NCBI GenBank assembly: GCA_018400695.1
Contig: JAGYMF010000001.1
Coordinates: 3,269-67,268 of the forward strand
DNA from: Bacteroidales bacterium
Lineage (GTDB): Bacteria; Bacteroidota; Bacteroidia; Bacteroidales; GCA-2748055
DNA length: 64,000 nucleotides
Direction of reading: 5' to 3'
A program made the position numbers and the translations under genes. Position 1 is the stretch's first letter; each line of letters begins with the position of its first letter. The notes beneath the pieces were generated by a model. That model searched no databases. It was not told where the DNA came from and saw only the letters and a list, made by a program, of their open reading frames with translations. Below are positions 29,751 to 39,830 of this stretch, in pieces.

Positions 29751-30239
29751 TCATGTGAAGATCAGCTTATCATCCGGACCGGTAACTGCATCAAGGTCTA
29801 CCATCAGTCTTCCGTCGGGCAGACGACTCATTTTGTACCAGACAAGGTCGGTAGGGGCCGGACCTGAAATGACACTGCCGTCATTGGCATAATATGACCC
29901 GTGGCACGGACATTCAAAGCCGTCGGTGGTTCTCTGCACGGTACATCCGAGGTGCGTACAAACTGCCGAAACAGCCTTGACCGATTCATGATCCCTGTAG
30001 ACAAATATGTTATGCTCCTCGATAAAAGTGTATGTATCTACAGGGAAATCCGATAATTCCCCCAGTCTTACCTGCTTAACAGAACCGGCTCTTTTATGGG
30101 AAAACTGACGAAAAAAAACAATGCCGATAATTGCTCCGGCTATGGATGACAGGGTAATGGCCAGTTTACGAACAAACAATCTGCGCTTCACGAAATTTAA
30201 TTTTTTTAATACTAACGAACAATTGCGGCATTCATCCAC
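29751..30239 (-). CDS. Rieske [2Fe-2S] subunit of a Rieske/cyt b complex
   Basis: Cluster boxes CTHLGC and CPCHGS are present. The N-terminal KRRLFVRKLAITLSSIAGAIIG is a Tat-like RR motif plus a TM anchor. The start is uncertain: GTG at 30239 (ORF track) or GTG at 30191, which gives MKRRLFVRKL. Confidence 0.85.
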   Translation of the reverse strand: MDECRNCSLVLKKLNFVKRRLFVRKLAITLSSIAGAIIGIVFFRQFSHKRAGSVKQVRLGELSDFPVDTYTFIEEHNIFVYRDHESVKAVSAVCTHLGCTVQRTTDGFECPCHGSYYANDGSVISGPAPTDLVWYKMSRLPDGRLMVDLDAVTGPDDKLIFT

Positions 30240-30316
30240 AATGATAAAACAGTCGTAAAAATAAATAGAATCCTTTTGAATAGTACCCTAAACCGCAATT
30301 ATATAATGGAAAACCT

Positions 30317-30324
30317 TAAATTTG
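30317..30324 (+). promoter_or_regulatory. Candidate -7 promoter box (TAAATTTG) for the octaheme HEAT/TPR cytochrome gene
   Basis: Matches TAnnTTTG and lies 30 nt upstream of the ATG at 30354, in the 114-bp divergent intergenic region. Confidence 0.4.
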
Positions 30325-30353
30325 AAATAATTTAATATTAGTTCAATGCTGTT

Positions 30354-32693
30354 ATGAGCGGAATATTCAGGGTCACATTTTTACTTGCAGTTTTATTTTT
30401 TTTCGGGTCGGTTTTTTTGCTTAACTGCAAGAGCAACAAGGAATCGGGCGTTTATTCGCCTGGGTCCGGACAATCAGAACTTTCAGAAACGTATGTCGGG
30501 CGGGACGCGTGCAAGGAGTGCCATGAAATGGAATATGATCTGTTCCAGCATTCGGACCACGACCTGGCCATGGATGTTGCGACCGAGGAGAGCGTTCTGG
30601 GCGATTTCAACAATGTAACGTTCACCCATTATGGCGTCACCTCCAGGTTTTACAGAAGGGACAGTAGCTTTTATGTGCATACAGAGGGTCCTGACGGGGT
30701 GATGCAGGATTACAGGATCAGCTATGTATTTGCAGTCAGACCTCTCCAGCAATACCTCATAGAATTTCCGGGAGGTGCATACCAGTGCCTGCCTATTGCC
30801 TGGGACACACGGCCGGAACCGGAAGGTGGACAGCGTTGGTTCCATCTTTACCCGGATGAAAAGATTGCCCATGATGACATCCTTTACTGGACCCGCACAA
30901 CCCAGAACTGGAACTATATGTGTTCTGAATGTCATTCCACCAATCTAACCAAGAACTACGATTACGAGACCAAAACATACCATACCACATGGAATGAGAT
31001 CGATGTATCCTGCGAAGCGTGCCATGGACCGGGCTCATTACATGTTGACTGGGCCAATAAAGTGGAGGAAGGCGCCAGTCCGGATATCTACCCGGATCTC
31101 GGGCTGGTGGTAAGGCTGAAGGATACCGACAATGCCACCTGGGTGTTTGACCCCGATTCCACTACAGCACGCAGATCAATTCCCCGGCAATCCGATGAGC
31201 TGGTGCAAATGTGCGCCCGTTGTCATTCAAGGAGATCTGTCATCACAGAAGACTATTATCACGGTGGCTCCCTGTTGGAAACGCACTGGCCTTCACTGCT
31301 GGATGAAGGGCTCTATTTTGCCGATGGTCAGATACAAGACGAAGTCTACGTTTATGGCTCTTTCCTTCAGAGCAAGATGTACAAAGCGGGGGTCGTCTGC
31401 AAGGACTGTCATGAACCCCACAGTGGAAAGATCTATGTCGATGGAAATGCCTTGTGCTACAGGTGCCACATGGCATCTGACTATGGCGGAAGGGAGCACC
31501 ACTTTCACGATCCGGCCGATGAGGGTGCCAGCTGTATGGAGTGCCACATGCACGAACGCACCTATATGGTAGTTGATCCCAGGAGGGATCACAGCATCCG
31601 TATTCCCCGACCAGACCTTTCAGACAAGCTGGGAACCCCCAATGCATGCAACCAATGTCATACCGATAAAAGCAATGAATGGTCGGCCCAATATCTTGAG
31701 GAATGGTATGGGAAAACACTCCTGGAAACCGAACATTACGGAGAAGCATTCTGGTCAGCCCGCCAGGGGTACCCTGAAGCCCTTCCAAAGCTTATCAGTC
31801 TGGCAGATGATCATCAGAATGCACCCATGGTCAGGGCCACAGCAATCTCTCTGCTCAACAACTACAGTGATCCCATGGTTGTTCCACTGCTGGACAAAAC
31901 AATACGCGATACTGATCCGCTGATCAGGTATGCCACATTGAACGTGATGCAGAACTTGAACGACCAGTCGGCCATGAACCATATCATCAACAGCCTTGAC
32001 GACACCACCAAGCTGGTCAGAATTATGGCCGCCAATGCCCTTACGCGGTACAACACGGACAATATTCCGTCAAGCAAGAAAAAGCTATTTGAGAAAAGCC
32101 TGGACGAATACAAGGAATCCCTGCTGATCAATGCTGATCATCCCGGAACGCACGTCAATTTTGGCAACCTTCACCTCAACCGCGGCGACCTTGCCAGGGC
32201 CGAAGCCTCCTACCTGAAGGCCATCGAGATCGAACCTGGACTGGTAACGGCCTATATCAACCTGGCAGACCTCTACAGGAGGGTGGAGCGGGATGAGGAG
32301 GGTGAAAAGATCCTGCTCAGTGCGCTTGACAAATACCCGGATCTTGCTGCGATAAACTATTCCCTCGGTTTGCTGAAAATACGCAGAGGCAACCAGGAAG
32401 GGGCGATGAAGTACCTGCAAAGAGCAGCTGAGCTTGAACCCGGCGAAGCCCATTACAGTTATGTGTATGGTATCGGTCTGAACTCAACACAGCAATCCAA
32501 AGATGCGATCTCTTTTTTGGAAATAGCCTTACAGAATCACCCTTATAACAGGGATATCCTCTACGCACTCACCACACTGCACCTGGAGCAGCAGCAACTT
32601 TCCAAAGCGAAAGAGTATGCCAGCAGGCTGGTTGAATACTATCCTGCAGATGAGAACTACAAACAGGTACTGCAGTACCTCGAGCAGCAATAG
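30354..32693 (+). CDS. Secreted octaheme c-type cytochrome fused to HEAT-like and TPR repeats
   Basis: 779 aa with a signal peptide. There are eight CXXCH motifs (CKECH, CSECH, CEACH, CARCH, CKDCH, CYRCH, CMECH, CNQCH) in the first ~440 residues. HEAT-like repeats follow (DTDPLIRYATLNVM, DDTTKLVRIMAANAL), then several TPR units (GDLARAEASYLKAIEIEPG, GNQEGAMKYLQRAAELEPG). Confidence 0.8.
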   Translation: MSGIFRVTFLLAVLFFFGSVFLLNCKSNKESGVYSPGSGQSELSETYVGRDACKECHEMEYDLFQHSDHDLAMDVATEESVLGDFNNVTFTHYGVTSRFYRRDSSFYVHTEGPDGVMQDYRISYVFAVRPLQQYLIEFPGGAYQCLPIAWDTRPEPEGGQRWFHLYPDEKIAHDDILYWTRTTQNWNYMCSECHSTNLTKNYDYETKTYHTTWNEIDVSCEACHGPGSLHVDWANKVEEGASPDIYPDLGLVVRLKDTDNATWVFDPDSTTARRSIPRQSDELVQMCARCHSRRSVITEDYYHGGSLLETHWPSLLDEGLYFADGQIQDEVYVYGSFLQSKMYKAGVVCKDCHEPHSGKIYVDGNALCYRCHMASDYGGREHHFHDPADEGASCMECHMHERTYMVVDPRRDHSIRIPRPDLSDKLGTPNACNQCHTDKSNEWSAQYLEEWYGKTLLETEHYGEAFWSARQGYPEALPKLISLADDHQNAPMVRATAISLLNNYSDPMVVPLLDKTIRDTDPLIRYATLNVMQNLNDQSAMNHIINSLDDTTKLVRIMAANALTRYNTDNIPSSKKKLFEKSLDEYKESLLINADHPGTHVNFGNLHLNRGDLARAEASYLKAIEIEPGLVTAYINLADLYRRVERDEEGEKILLSALDKYPDLAAINYSLGLLKIRRGNQEGAMKYLQRAAELEPGEAHYSYVYGIGLNSTQQSKDAISFLEIALQNHPYNRDILYALTTLHLEQQQLSKAKEYASRLVEYYPADENYKQVLQYLEQQ

Positions 32694-32700
32694 CAGAAAA

Positions 32701-33363
32701 ATGGAAGAGAAGAGACGCATCTTCAGAAGCCTTTTTTTTCCAGTCTCCTTCCTGGTCCTTATCTGTTTTGTAAAATTCTTCGAGATCTCCATGGAGATCA
32801 ATTTTATACATTCCGGGGTCATGCCCAGAAAACTCAGCGGACTACAGGGCATCCTCTTCTCCCCGCTCATCCATAGTGACTGGAAACACCTGTTCGACAA
32901 TTCCATTCCCGTTTTCCTGCTGAGTTTCGCACTTTTCTATTTCTACAGGGGCATCTCCTACACAATCTTTCTCTTCCTGTACATCATCAGTGGTATACTA
33001 CTCTGGTTCATCGGCAGGGATGCCTACCATATTGGCGCCAGCGGAATCATATACGGACTCGCGGCCTTTCTATTCCTAAGCGGAGTAATCAGGGGTGTCA
33101 GGCACCTGATGGCCATTTCCCTGCTGGTAGTTTTCCTCTATGGAAGCCTTATCTGGGGCCTGCTGCCATTCGATTACAAGGTATCGTGGGAAGGCCATCT
33201 TAGCGGAGCCATCGTTGGCATAGTGCTTGCCCTTCTTTACCGTGACCAGGGCCCGGAACCTGAAAAACCAAGCTGGGAGCTGGAAGAGGAGGAGAATAAA
33301 GAGCGAGAAGAGTATGATGAACGTGATGAAGAGAGCGATGAAGAATTTCAAAAAAACCACTAA
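32701..33363 (+). CDS. Rhomboid-family intramembrane serine protease
   Basis: The catalytic GASG is in HIGASGIIYGL and the His is in WEGHLSGAIVG. The protein has multiple TM helices and an acidic C-tail. The ATG at 32701, 8 nt after the cytochrome stop, is preferred over the overlapping ORF-track start at 32617. Confidence 0.8.
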   Translation: MEEKRRIFRSLFFPVSFLVLICFVKFFEISMEINFIHSGVMPRKLSGLQGILFSPLIHSDWKHLFDNSIPVFLLSFALFYFYRGISYTIFLFLYIISGILLWFIGRDAYHIGASGIIYGLAAFLFLSGVIRGVRHLMAISLLVVFLYGSLIWGLLPFDYKVSWEGHLSGAIVGIVLALLYRDQGPEPEKPSWELEEEENKEREEYDERDEESDEEFQKNH

Positions 33364-33390
33364 TTTTAGCGGGCTGTATAAGAAACCAAT

Positions 33391-34002
33391 ATGATCGTCA
33401 AACTATATGAAAAAAATCCGGATCCACACGTGATCCTTGAAATTGTGGACCTGCTTGAAAGGGGCGGGGTAATCATCTATCCCACAGACTCTGTCTATGG
33501 CATCGGATGTGATATTACAAAGACGAGGGCTGTTGAACGGGTAGCCAGGATCAAGGGGGTTAAACCAGAGAAAGCTGATTTTGCCTTCATCTGCTCCGAC
33601 CTGAGTCACCTGGCCGACTATGCCAAACAGGTGGACAACAACACCTTCAAAATGATGAAATCCTATCTTCCGGGACCCTACACCTTCATATTAAATGCAA
33701 GCAACAACGTACCAAAAATTCTGAAGCAGAAGAAAAAGACTGTGGGTATTCGGATTCCAGACAACAACATCATCCTTGAAATTGTTCGTCAGCTTGGTCA
33801 TCCGATACTTACAACATCACTAAAGGAGGATGATGAGATCCTGGAATATTCCACCGACCCGGAAATCATCCATGACCAATACAAGGATCTGGTCGACCTG
33901 GTGATTGACGGAGGATATGGCGGACTGATTCCCTCCACAATAATCAACTGTACAGGCGATGAACCGGAATTGATCCGGGCAGGACTGGGAGAAGTAGATT
34001 AA
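33391..34002 (+). CDS. tsaC: L-threonylcarbamoyladenylate synthase (YrdC/TsaC type)
   Basis: 203 aa with YPTDSVYGIGCD and GIRIPDN motifs of the Sua5/YrdC family. Confidence 0.9.
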   Translation: MIVKLYEKNPDPHVILEIVDLLERGGVIIYPTDSVYGIGCDITKTRAVERVARIKGVKPEKADFAFICSDLSHLADYAKQVDNNTFKMMKSYLPGPYTFILNASNNVPKILKQKKKTVGIRIPDNNIILEIVRQLGHPILTTSLKEDDEILEYSTDPEIIHDQYKDLVDLVIDGGYGGLIPSTIINCTGDEPELIRAGLGEVD

Positions 34003-34103
34003 GTACCATTTACCGAAAATTCACCAGAAAAAACAAGGAGAAAAGTAAAATACATATACATCTGCTTTACTTTGTATAACGATCAGGAACAAAAAAACCA
34101 GAA

Positions 34104-34571
34104 ATGAAGAAAACAATCGATGCTTTTATAGCATCCCGGAACATCGCAGTTGCAGGTGTTTCTCCAAGAAAAGGAAATTGGGGCCTGATGCTGATGCAGG
34201 AACTCAAAAAAAAGGGCTACTCCGTCTACCCTGTAAACCCAAAATTTGCCGAAATTGAAGATGCAAAGTGTTACGGATCATTGGCTGACCTTCCCCGGGA
34301 GGTTGAAAACCTGATCCTGGCCGTTAATCCGCAACGTTCAATTGAGATGATCGGGCAACTCCCTGTATCCGGCATTAAGCGTGTCTGGATGAACCAGGGA
34401 ATCGGTCAAGGAGCATTTTCGGAAGAAGGGCTGGATATGCTGAAAGCAAAAAAGATGGAGTATGTCTATGGATTCTGTCCAATGATGTTTTTTGGTAAGG
34501 GCATGCACAAATTCCATTACTGGATGAGGAGAAAACTGGGGAAAACACCGGTAGAATTCTCCCTGAATTAA
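34104..34571 (+). CDS. CoA-binding domain protein (YccU-like)
   Basis: 155 aa with the IAVAGVSPRKGNWG...GYSVYPVNP Rossmann-like CoA-binding signature. Confidence 0.75.
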   Translation: MKKTIDAFIASRNIAVAGVSPRKGNWGLMLMQELKKKGYSVYPVNPKFAEIEDAKCYGSLADLPREVENLILAVNPQRSIEMIGQLPVSGIKRVWMNQGIGQGAFSEEGLDMLKAKKMEYVYGFCPMMFFGKGMHKFHYWMRRKLGKTPVEFSLN

Positions 34572-34636
34572 TTTTAACTGCAGAACAAGGTTTTCCCGTA
34601 AAAAAACCAGCTGTAAGAAGGAGGAGGTCTTTCGTC

Positions 34637-36085
34637 TCAATCCTTCCAGAAAGCTGGAGAAAACAGTACAAGCACTGTAAATAGTTCAAGCCTTCCGACC
34701 AGCATCAGGAAAGAAAGAAACCATTTACCGGCAACAGCAATATCATTAAAATTTGCTGCAGGACCAACGTTGCCGATACCGGGACCAATATTTCCCAGGG
34801 TAGCTGCCACTGCACCTATGGAGGTCTCAAAATCGTTTCCCAGGAGGGACATCACAACCATGCTTACCACTGCAATGACCACATAGAAAGCCAGAAAAGC
34901 CAATACATTGGTAACCACGACATTATCAACTGCTATTTTATTCATTCTTACCGGGATAACAGCATTTGGATGGATCAGCCTTTTCAGTTCCTGCGTCGAA
35001 TTTTTTATCAGGATCATGATCCGCATGATCTTGGGACCACCACCGGTAGAACCGGCTGAACCACCGAAAAACATCAGAACGAAGATCACTGTAGTAAGCG
35101 CAGGCATCCACAGAAGATAATCATCGGTAGCATATCCTGTTGTTGTGATGATTGAGACCACCTGAAAAAGCGCAGTCCTGAATGATTCCTCTGCTCCCCT
35201 GTTGCTACTGAAGAATAACCCTGCAGCAATCAGTAACGTAAAAACAAAAATAAAACCGAGGTAATATCTGAACTCTTCATTCTGCCAGACCTTTCTGAAC
35301 CGGAGATGAAAACCAAAATAGGAAAGGGTGAAATTGACACCGGCCAGGAACATAAACACCGTGATAACATAATGAACATAAGGTGAATCCCAGTAGGCAA
35401 TACTTGACTGTTTTGTAGAATAACCACCTGTAGCCATGGTGGTCAGGGCATGACAAACAGCATCGAAAAGATCCATCGGTCCGATCCAAAGCAGCAAAAC
35501 TTCTGCCAGGGTAAAAATCACATAAATACTCCATAGCCTCTTTGCGGTTTCCTTAACACGAGGATGCAACTTATCTGGCATCGGACCGGGCACCTCCGCT
35601 GCAAACAGCTGCATACCACCTATACCCAATACAGGCAAAATAACCAATGTAAGCACAATGATTCCCATCCCGCCCAGCCATTGTGTAAGGCTGCGCCAGA
35701 AAAGAACGCCATGCGAAAGTTCTTCAATGTTGTTCAGCACAGATGCCCCGGTTGTCGTAAAACCTGATATGGTCTCAAAAAACGCGTTCGTAAAACCGGG
35801 AATAGAACCTGTAAGAACAAATGGCAGCGTACCAAAAAAAGAGAATGCCAGCCATCCGGAAGTAACAATCACATACCCGTCACGCTTCGTAACTTCCAGC
35901 TTTGCCTTCCGGGTAGAGAAGAAAGAGAGGAAACCAGTAAATGCAGTAATGGCGCCGGCCAGGATAAAATGAGGCGCGTCATTTTCCCCATAGATAAGAG
36001 CAACCGGCACTGCAAGCCACATACAAAAACCCTCCACCATCAGTAGAATACCAAGAATGCGCAATGCGGTTTTCGGATTGGGCAT
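34637..36085 (-). CDS. trkH: TrkH-family potassium uptake membrane subunit
   Basis: 482 aa polytopic membrane protein with repeated GFTTTGAS / TTTGYAT selectivity-filter-like motifs. It lies directly downstream of trkA. Confidence 0.9.
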   Translation of the reverse strand: MPNPKTALRILGILLMVEGFCMWLAVPVALIYGENDAPHFILAGAITAFTGFLSFFSTRKAKLEVTKRDGYVIVTSGWLAFSFFGTLPFVLTGSIPGFTNAFFETISGFTTTGASVLNNIEELSHGVLFWRSLTQWLGGMGIIVLTLVILPVLGIGGMQLFAAEVPGPMPDKLHPRVKETAKRLWSIYVIFTLAEVLLLWIGPMDLFDAVCHALTTMATGGYSTKQSSIAYWDSPYVHYVITVFMFLAGVNFTLSYFGFHLRFRKVWQNEEFRYYLGFIFVFTLLIAAGLFFSSNRGAEESFRTALFQVVSIITTTGYATDDYLLWMPALTTVIFVLMFFGGSAGSTGGGPKIMRIMILIKNSTQELKRLIHPNAVIPVRMNKIAVDNVVVTNVLAFLAFYVVIAVVSMVVMSLLGNDFETSIGAVAATLGNIGPGIGNVGPAANFNDIAVAGKWFLSFLMLVGRLELFTVLVLFSPAFWKD

Positions 36086-36094
36086 GAATCACGC

Positions 36095-37435
36095 TTAGTT
36101 AAATAGTTTTCCTATGGTATATATTTCAGAGGGAAGGGCAAAAACAACCACCCGGTCATACGGTTTTATCTGCGTCTCTCCGTGGGCAATAAAACTGTTC
36201 TTTCCCCTGATCACCCCACCTATAATTGCCTCATCAGGAAAGTTCAGATCTTTCAGTGGAGCTTTGGTTACCCTGGCCTTTGGTTTTACATAGAACTCCA
36301 TTACTTCAGCCTCAGTGCCGGTAAGACATTTTATGGAAGAAACCTCTTCACTCATTGTAAATCTGAAAATGCGGCTGGCTGTGATCAGTTTCTTGTTGAT
36401 AATGGTATCGATACCGATATTCTCTGCCAGATGGATATAGTCTATATTCTCCACCTCGGCGATGGTCCGCTTCACGCCCAGATGCTTGGCCAAAAGACAG
36501 GAAAGGATGTTCGTATCGGAATTCCCTGTAACGGCAATGAAAGCATCCATCTTTTCCAGCCCTTCATCCTTGAGCAGCTCCATATTTGTTCCGTCCCCGT
36601 TGATCACCAATGTGTTGGACAGCATGCTTGATAACCTGTAACTCTTCTGCTTATCGATCTCGACCATCTTAACATAATGCTGATTACCCAACTGTCGGGC
36701 TGTCTTGATTCCAATCCTGCTTCCTCCGAGTATCATGATGTTACGAACATCAAAATGCTGCTTTCCGGTATACTTGTAGAGTTCCTTCATACCGGCCTGA
36801 CTGCTGATGACATAGACCAGATCACCCTCTTCAAAAGCATCATCACCACCCGGAATAATTGTCTTTCCGCTTCGGGTCATCGCCACAGCACGAAACTCAA
36901 GGGCATGCTTGTCGGGAGTCAGATCCCGCAACTTCTGCCCAAGGATAGGGGCCTTGTCATCCAGTCTGACAACGAACATCTGCAGCTTACCACCGGTAAA
37001 TTCAACGACCTCTGTGCTTCCGGTCTGGGCAAGTAACCCAACAATCTCACGGGCGGCAATCTTCTCCGGATAGATCATATAATCGATTCCGAGATTGGAA
37101 AAAATTTCCTTGTTGGCCTGGAGAAGATACTCATCATTATCAATGCGGGCAATCGTTTTCTTTGCTCCAAGCTTCTTACTGAGAATAGCGGAAGTGATAT
37201 TCACTCCTTCAGAAAAGGTAACTGCAATGAACAGGTCAGCTTTTGACACCTTCGACTCTTTCAGTATACTAATGGAATTTGCATTCCCCTCCAGTGTCAT
37301 CACATCCATGGATGCCCCGATTGACCTAAGTCGCTCAGGATCATTGTCGATTACAATGATGTCATGGTCTTCATTGCTCAGCATCTTAATCAGATGCGTT
37401 CCTACTTCCCCTGCCCCTGCAAGTATAATTCTCAT
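36095..37435 (-). CDS. trkA: Trk system NAD-binding subunit TrkA
   Basis: 446 aa with two RCK/TrkA-N Rossmann domains (IILAGAGEVG and IMILGGSRIG). Confidence 0.9.
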   Translation of the reverse strand: MRIILAGAGEVGTHLIKMLSNEDHDIIVIDNDPERLRSIGASMDVMTLEGNANSISILKESKVSKADLFIAVTFSEGVNITSAILSKKLGAKKTIARIDNDEYLLQANKEIFSNLGIDYMIYPEKIAAREIVGLLAQTGSTEVVEFTGGKLQMFVVRLDDKAPILGQKLRDLTPDKHALEFRAVAMTRSGKTIIPGGDDAFEEGDLVYVISSQAGMKELYKYTGKQHFDVRNIMILGGSRIGIKTARQLGNQHYVKMVEIDKQKSYRLSSMLSNTLVINGDGTNMELLKDEGLEKMDAFIAVTGNSDTNILSCLLAKHLGVKRTIAEVENIDYIHLAENIGIDTIINKKLITASRIFRFTMSEEVSSIKCLTGTEAEVMEFYVKPKARVTKAPLKDLNFPDEAIIGGVIRGKNSFIAHGETQIKPYDRVVVFALPSEIYTIGKLFN

Positions 37436-37523
37436 AAAGATTCTGCTGTATATTGAACAGGTAAATTAACAGAATATCTTCCAAATAGAACAAGGTTTAC
37501 CTTAATTTCTACAATTCAGCAGT

Positions 37524-39692
37524 TCATTTTTTACGAGGAGCACTTATTGACAGATTATCAAAAGCATTCTTCCGCAACAAAACAGTGGTCAGCTCTATTT
37601 TAACTGCGCCCTTCTTACGCATAATATGTATATTATCAAAATGTTTTTCAAGGGACCTTACCTCATGCCTTTTTAACGTCCCGTCCCCCACCAGAATTGC
37701 TCCTGTCGGCAATTCAGGTACTGAAGACAGCCATGGGAATCCGCTCCTGAATACGATCACCTCCCATCTTTCGGCACCAACCACAGCAGAAAAATCTGTT
37801 TCGGAACAATCTCCGGCAAGCAGAATACCAATACCCCCTGCAGAGATCCCCCACAAACCATCAGCAATCCTGAAGCTGCAATGATCTGAAGCGTTTTCAT
37901 CCATTCCGAGGTACGACACAGTATGGTGAAAAACCTTTCCAGGTATACGGTTTAGTGAACTGATAAAATCCCCAACATATGGGTCTTTTGCAGACTCCTC
38001 CTGCAGCACATATGTGGTCCGTGCTGAACCGGAATAGTAAGTGATGACTGATGCACTGCTGAAATTACATATATCCAAAAATTCTTTTTCGTGCATGGAC
38101 CGTGCAACGGCAGAAGAAAGCCCTGTAGTAACAGCAATCAGGAAAGCTAAAATAAGCAGGTAGGCAACCCTTTTGTATATCAGCAATCCGACAAACGAAA
38201 TAATGATGGCCATAACACCAAACGCAACAAGAGGATGAAGTGGAACATCACGGATCACTGCATAGGGAAGGGATGATATATAACGGATCAGCAAATCCAG
38301 CATACCGGCAACATTAAGAAGCAATGATGAAAACAGGGCACATTCAGGAACCATGATCAAAAATGGAGAAAAAAGTACAAAAGCTCCGAGAAGCAGGCTG
38401 ACAATGGGTATCGCTGTGATGTTTGTCAAAATAAACCACACCGGAAACTGGTGAAAATACAGAAGCACAAGAGGCAATGTACTCAACTGTGCCGCAATAC
38501 TTACAGCAATCAGGTCCATCACTTTTTTTAATGGTTTTTTCCATGAACGGTACAATTCTGCAATTCCGGGCTGAATGGTCACAATACCGAAAACTGCCAT
38601 ATAGGACAATTGAAATCCGGGTTCCCTGATCCTGCCTGGATCCAGCACCAACAATATCATAGCAGAAAGAAGCAGGGTATTGAATATGTTGCTCTGCCTG
38701 TTAAGTGTCCTGGAAAAAGCAACCAGTGAAAACATGGTCACAGATCTGGTTACTGAAACTGAAAAACCGGTGATCGCAGCATAGAACCACAGGATGAACA
38801 GGATCATAAGCAGTTTCAAGGTTCGCCAGAACCTTGAGCTTTTTGGAAATTTCAGCAACAGATCCAGTATCATCCATACCATCCCGACATGGAGTCCGGA
38901 AACAGCCAACAGATGCATCGCGCCAGCATTGGAGAAAGCCGTTTTCGTCTCCCTGTCGAGAAATGACTTGTATCCCAACGTGATGGCGCTGAGGATGGCC
39001 GTTCCAGCATGATCAGGATCCCAGTTCGATATGATCTTCATCCTTATCCTCTGTGGCAGGTATGCAGGATCAGGGTGCAGTCCTTCAATGGGAAGTGCAT
39101 GGCCGGAAGAGGAGACAAACAGGTTGTACCTGAAATTTTGTCGCTGCATGTATCGCTTATAATCAAACTCGCCCGGATTGCCCCGATTAACAATTTCCTT
39201 TATTTCACCAGCGAAAATCCATGTTTTGCCAGGAATCATTTCGGGCATAACCGTGTCGCTCATTAACCAAACCTGCATGTTTTCCTTCATGCTGAAACTG
39301 GTACTATCATCCGAATAATATAATGCTTCAACCTGCACTGCTACAGAATATTCCTTTTCGACTGGTCCATCCATGATTTTTCCCACAACAAATCCTTTTT
39401 TACCTAATTGGTAGTCCGGAAAGTCAGCATCTGACATATTGCCAAAGATGGTTCCGTTCAACAAAAAAAACAGTATTGTTCCTGTGCTGAAAAGAGTATT
39501 GAAAATACCGGACTTTATTCTGACAAGAAGATGTGCAGAAGACACAACAAGCAAAAGAAACATGATTCCGAACAATAACCAGGTTTCTGCTTTGTCATGC
39601 TCCAAACCAAATGACATTATAAGTCCTGCGGCAAAAGGGAGTACCACACGGGCTACTGGTGTTTTTCTCAGATCAAAGATAAATCCCCGCAA
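37524..39692 (-). CDS. comEC: ComEC/Rec2-family DNA internalisation channel protein
   Basis: 722 aa with an N-terminal OB-like region (DUF4131-like) and a polytopic competence domain (HLLAVSGLHVG motif). The start codon is TTG and the start is uncertain. Confidence 0.8.
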   Translation of the reverse strand: MRGFIFDLRKTPVARVVLPFAAGLIMSFGLEHDKAETWLLFGIMFLLLVVSSAHLLVRIKSGIFNTLFSTGTILFFLLNGTIFGNMSDADFPDYQLGKKGFVVGKIMDGPVEKEYSVAVQVEALYYSDDSTSFSMKENMQVWLMSDTVMPEMIPGKTWIFAGEIKEIVNRGNPGEFDYKRYMQRQNFRYNLFVSSSGHALPIEGLHPDPAYLPQRIRMKIISNWDPDHAGTAILSAITLGYKSFLDRETKTAFSNAGAMHLLAVSGLHVGMVWMILDLLLKFPKSSRFWRTLKLLMILFILWFYAAITGFSVSVTRSVTMFSLVAFSRTLNRQSNIFNTLLLSAMILLVLDPGRIREPGFQLSYMAVFGIVTIQPGIAELYRSWKKPLKKVMDLIAVSIAAQLSTLPLVLLYFHQFPVWFILTNITAIPIVSLLLGAFVLFSPFLIMVPECALFSSLLLNVAGMLDLLIRYISSLPYAVIRDVPLHPLVAFGVMAIIISFVGLLIYKRVAYLLILAFLIAVTTGLSSAVARSMHEKEFLDICNFSSASVITYYSGSARTTYVLQEESAKDPYVGDFISSLNRIPGKVFHHTVSYLGMDENASDHCSFRIADGLWGISAGGIGILLAGDCSETDFSAVVGAERWEVIVFRSGFPWLSSVPELPTGAILVGDGTLKRHEVRSLEKHFDNIHIMRKKGAVKIELTTVLLRKNAFDNLSISAPRKK

Positions 39693-39830
39693 CTTTTTTA
39701 GTTATTAATGTGCTCAGGCAGAAAAATATCTGTTTTTTATTCAGAAATAATGAACCTTTCTTGCGAGAAAGAGGTTTAAAGGATATATTTAAGGAACTAT
39801 TTACGCGAAACACAAAAACAAAATAGACAC

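Noticed and set aside
39753-39776. Imperfect hairpin aacctttcttgcgagaaagaggtt upstream of the DHOD-like gene
   Set aside because: The stem is bulged, there is no U-tract, and I recognise no riboswitch-like conserved core. It is insufficient for a call.
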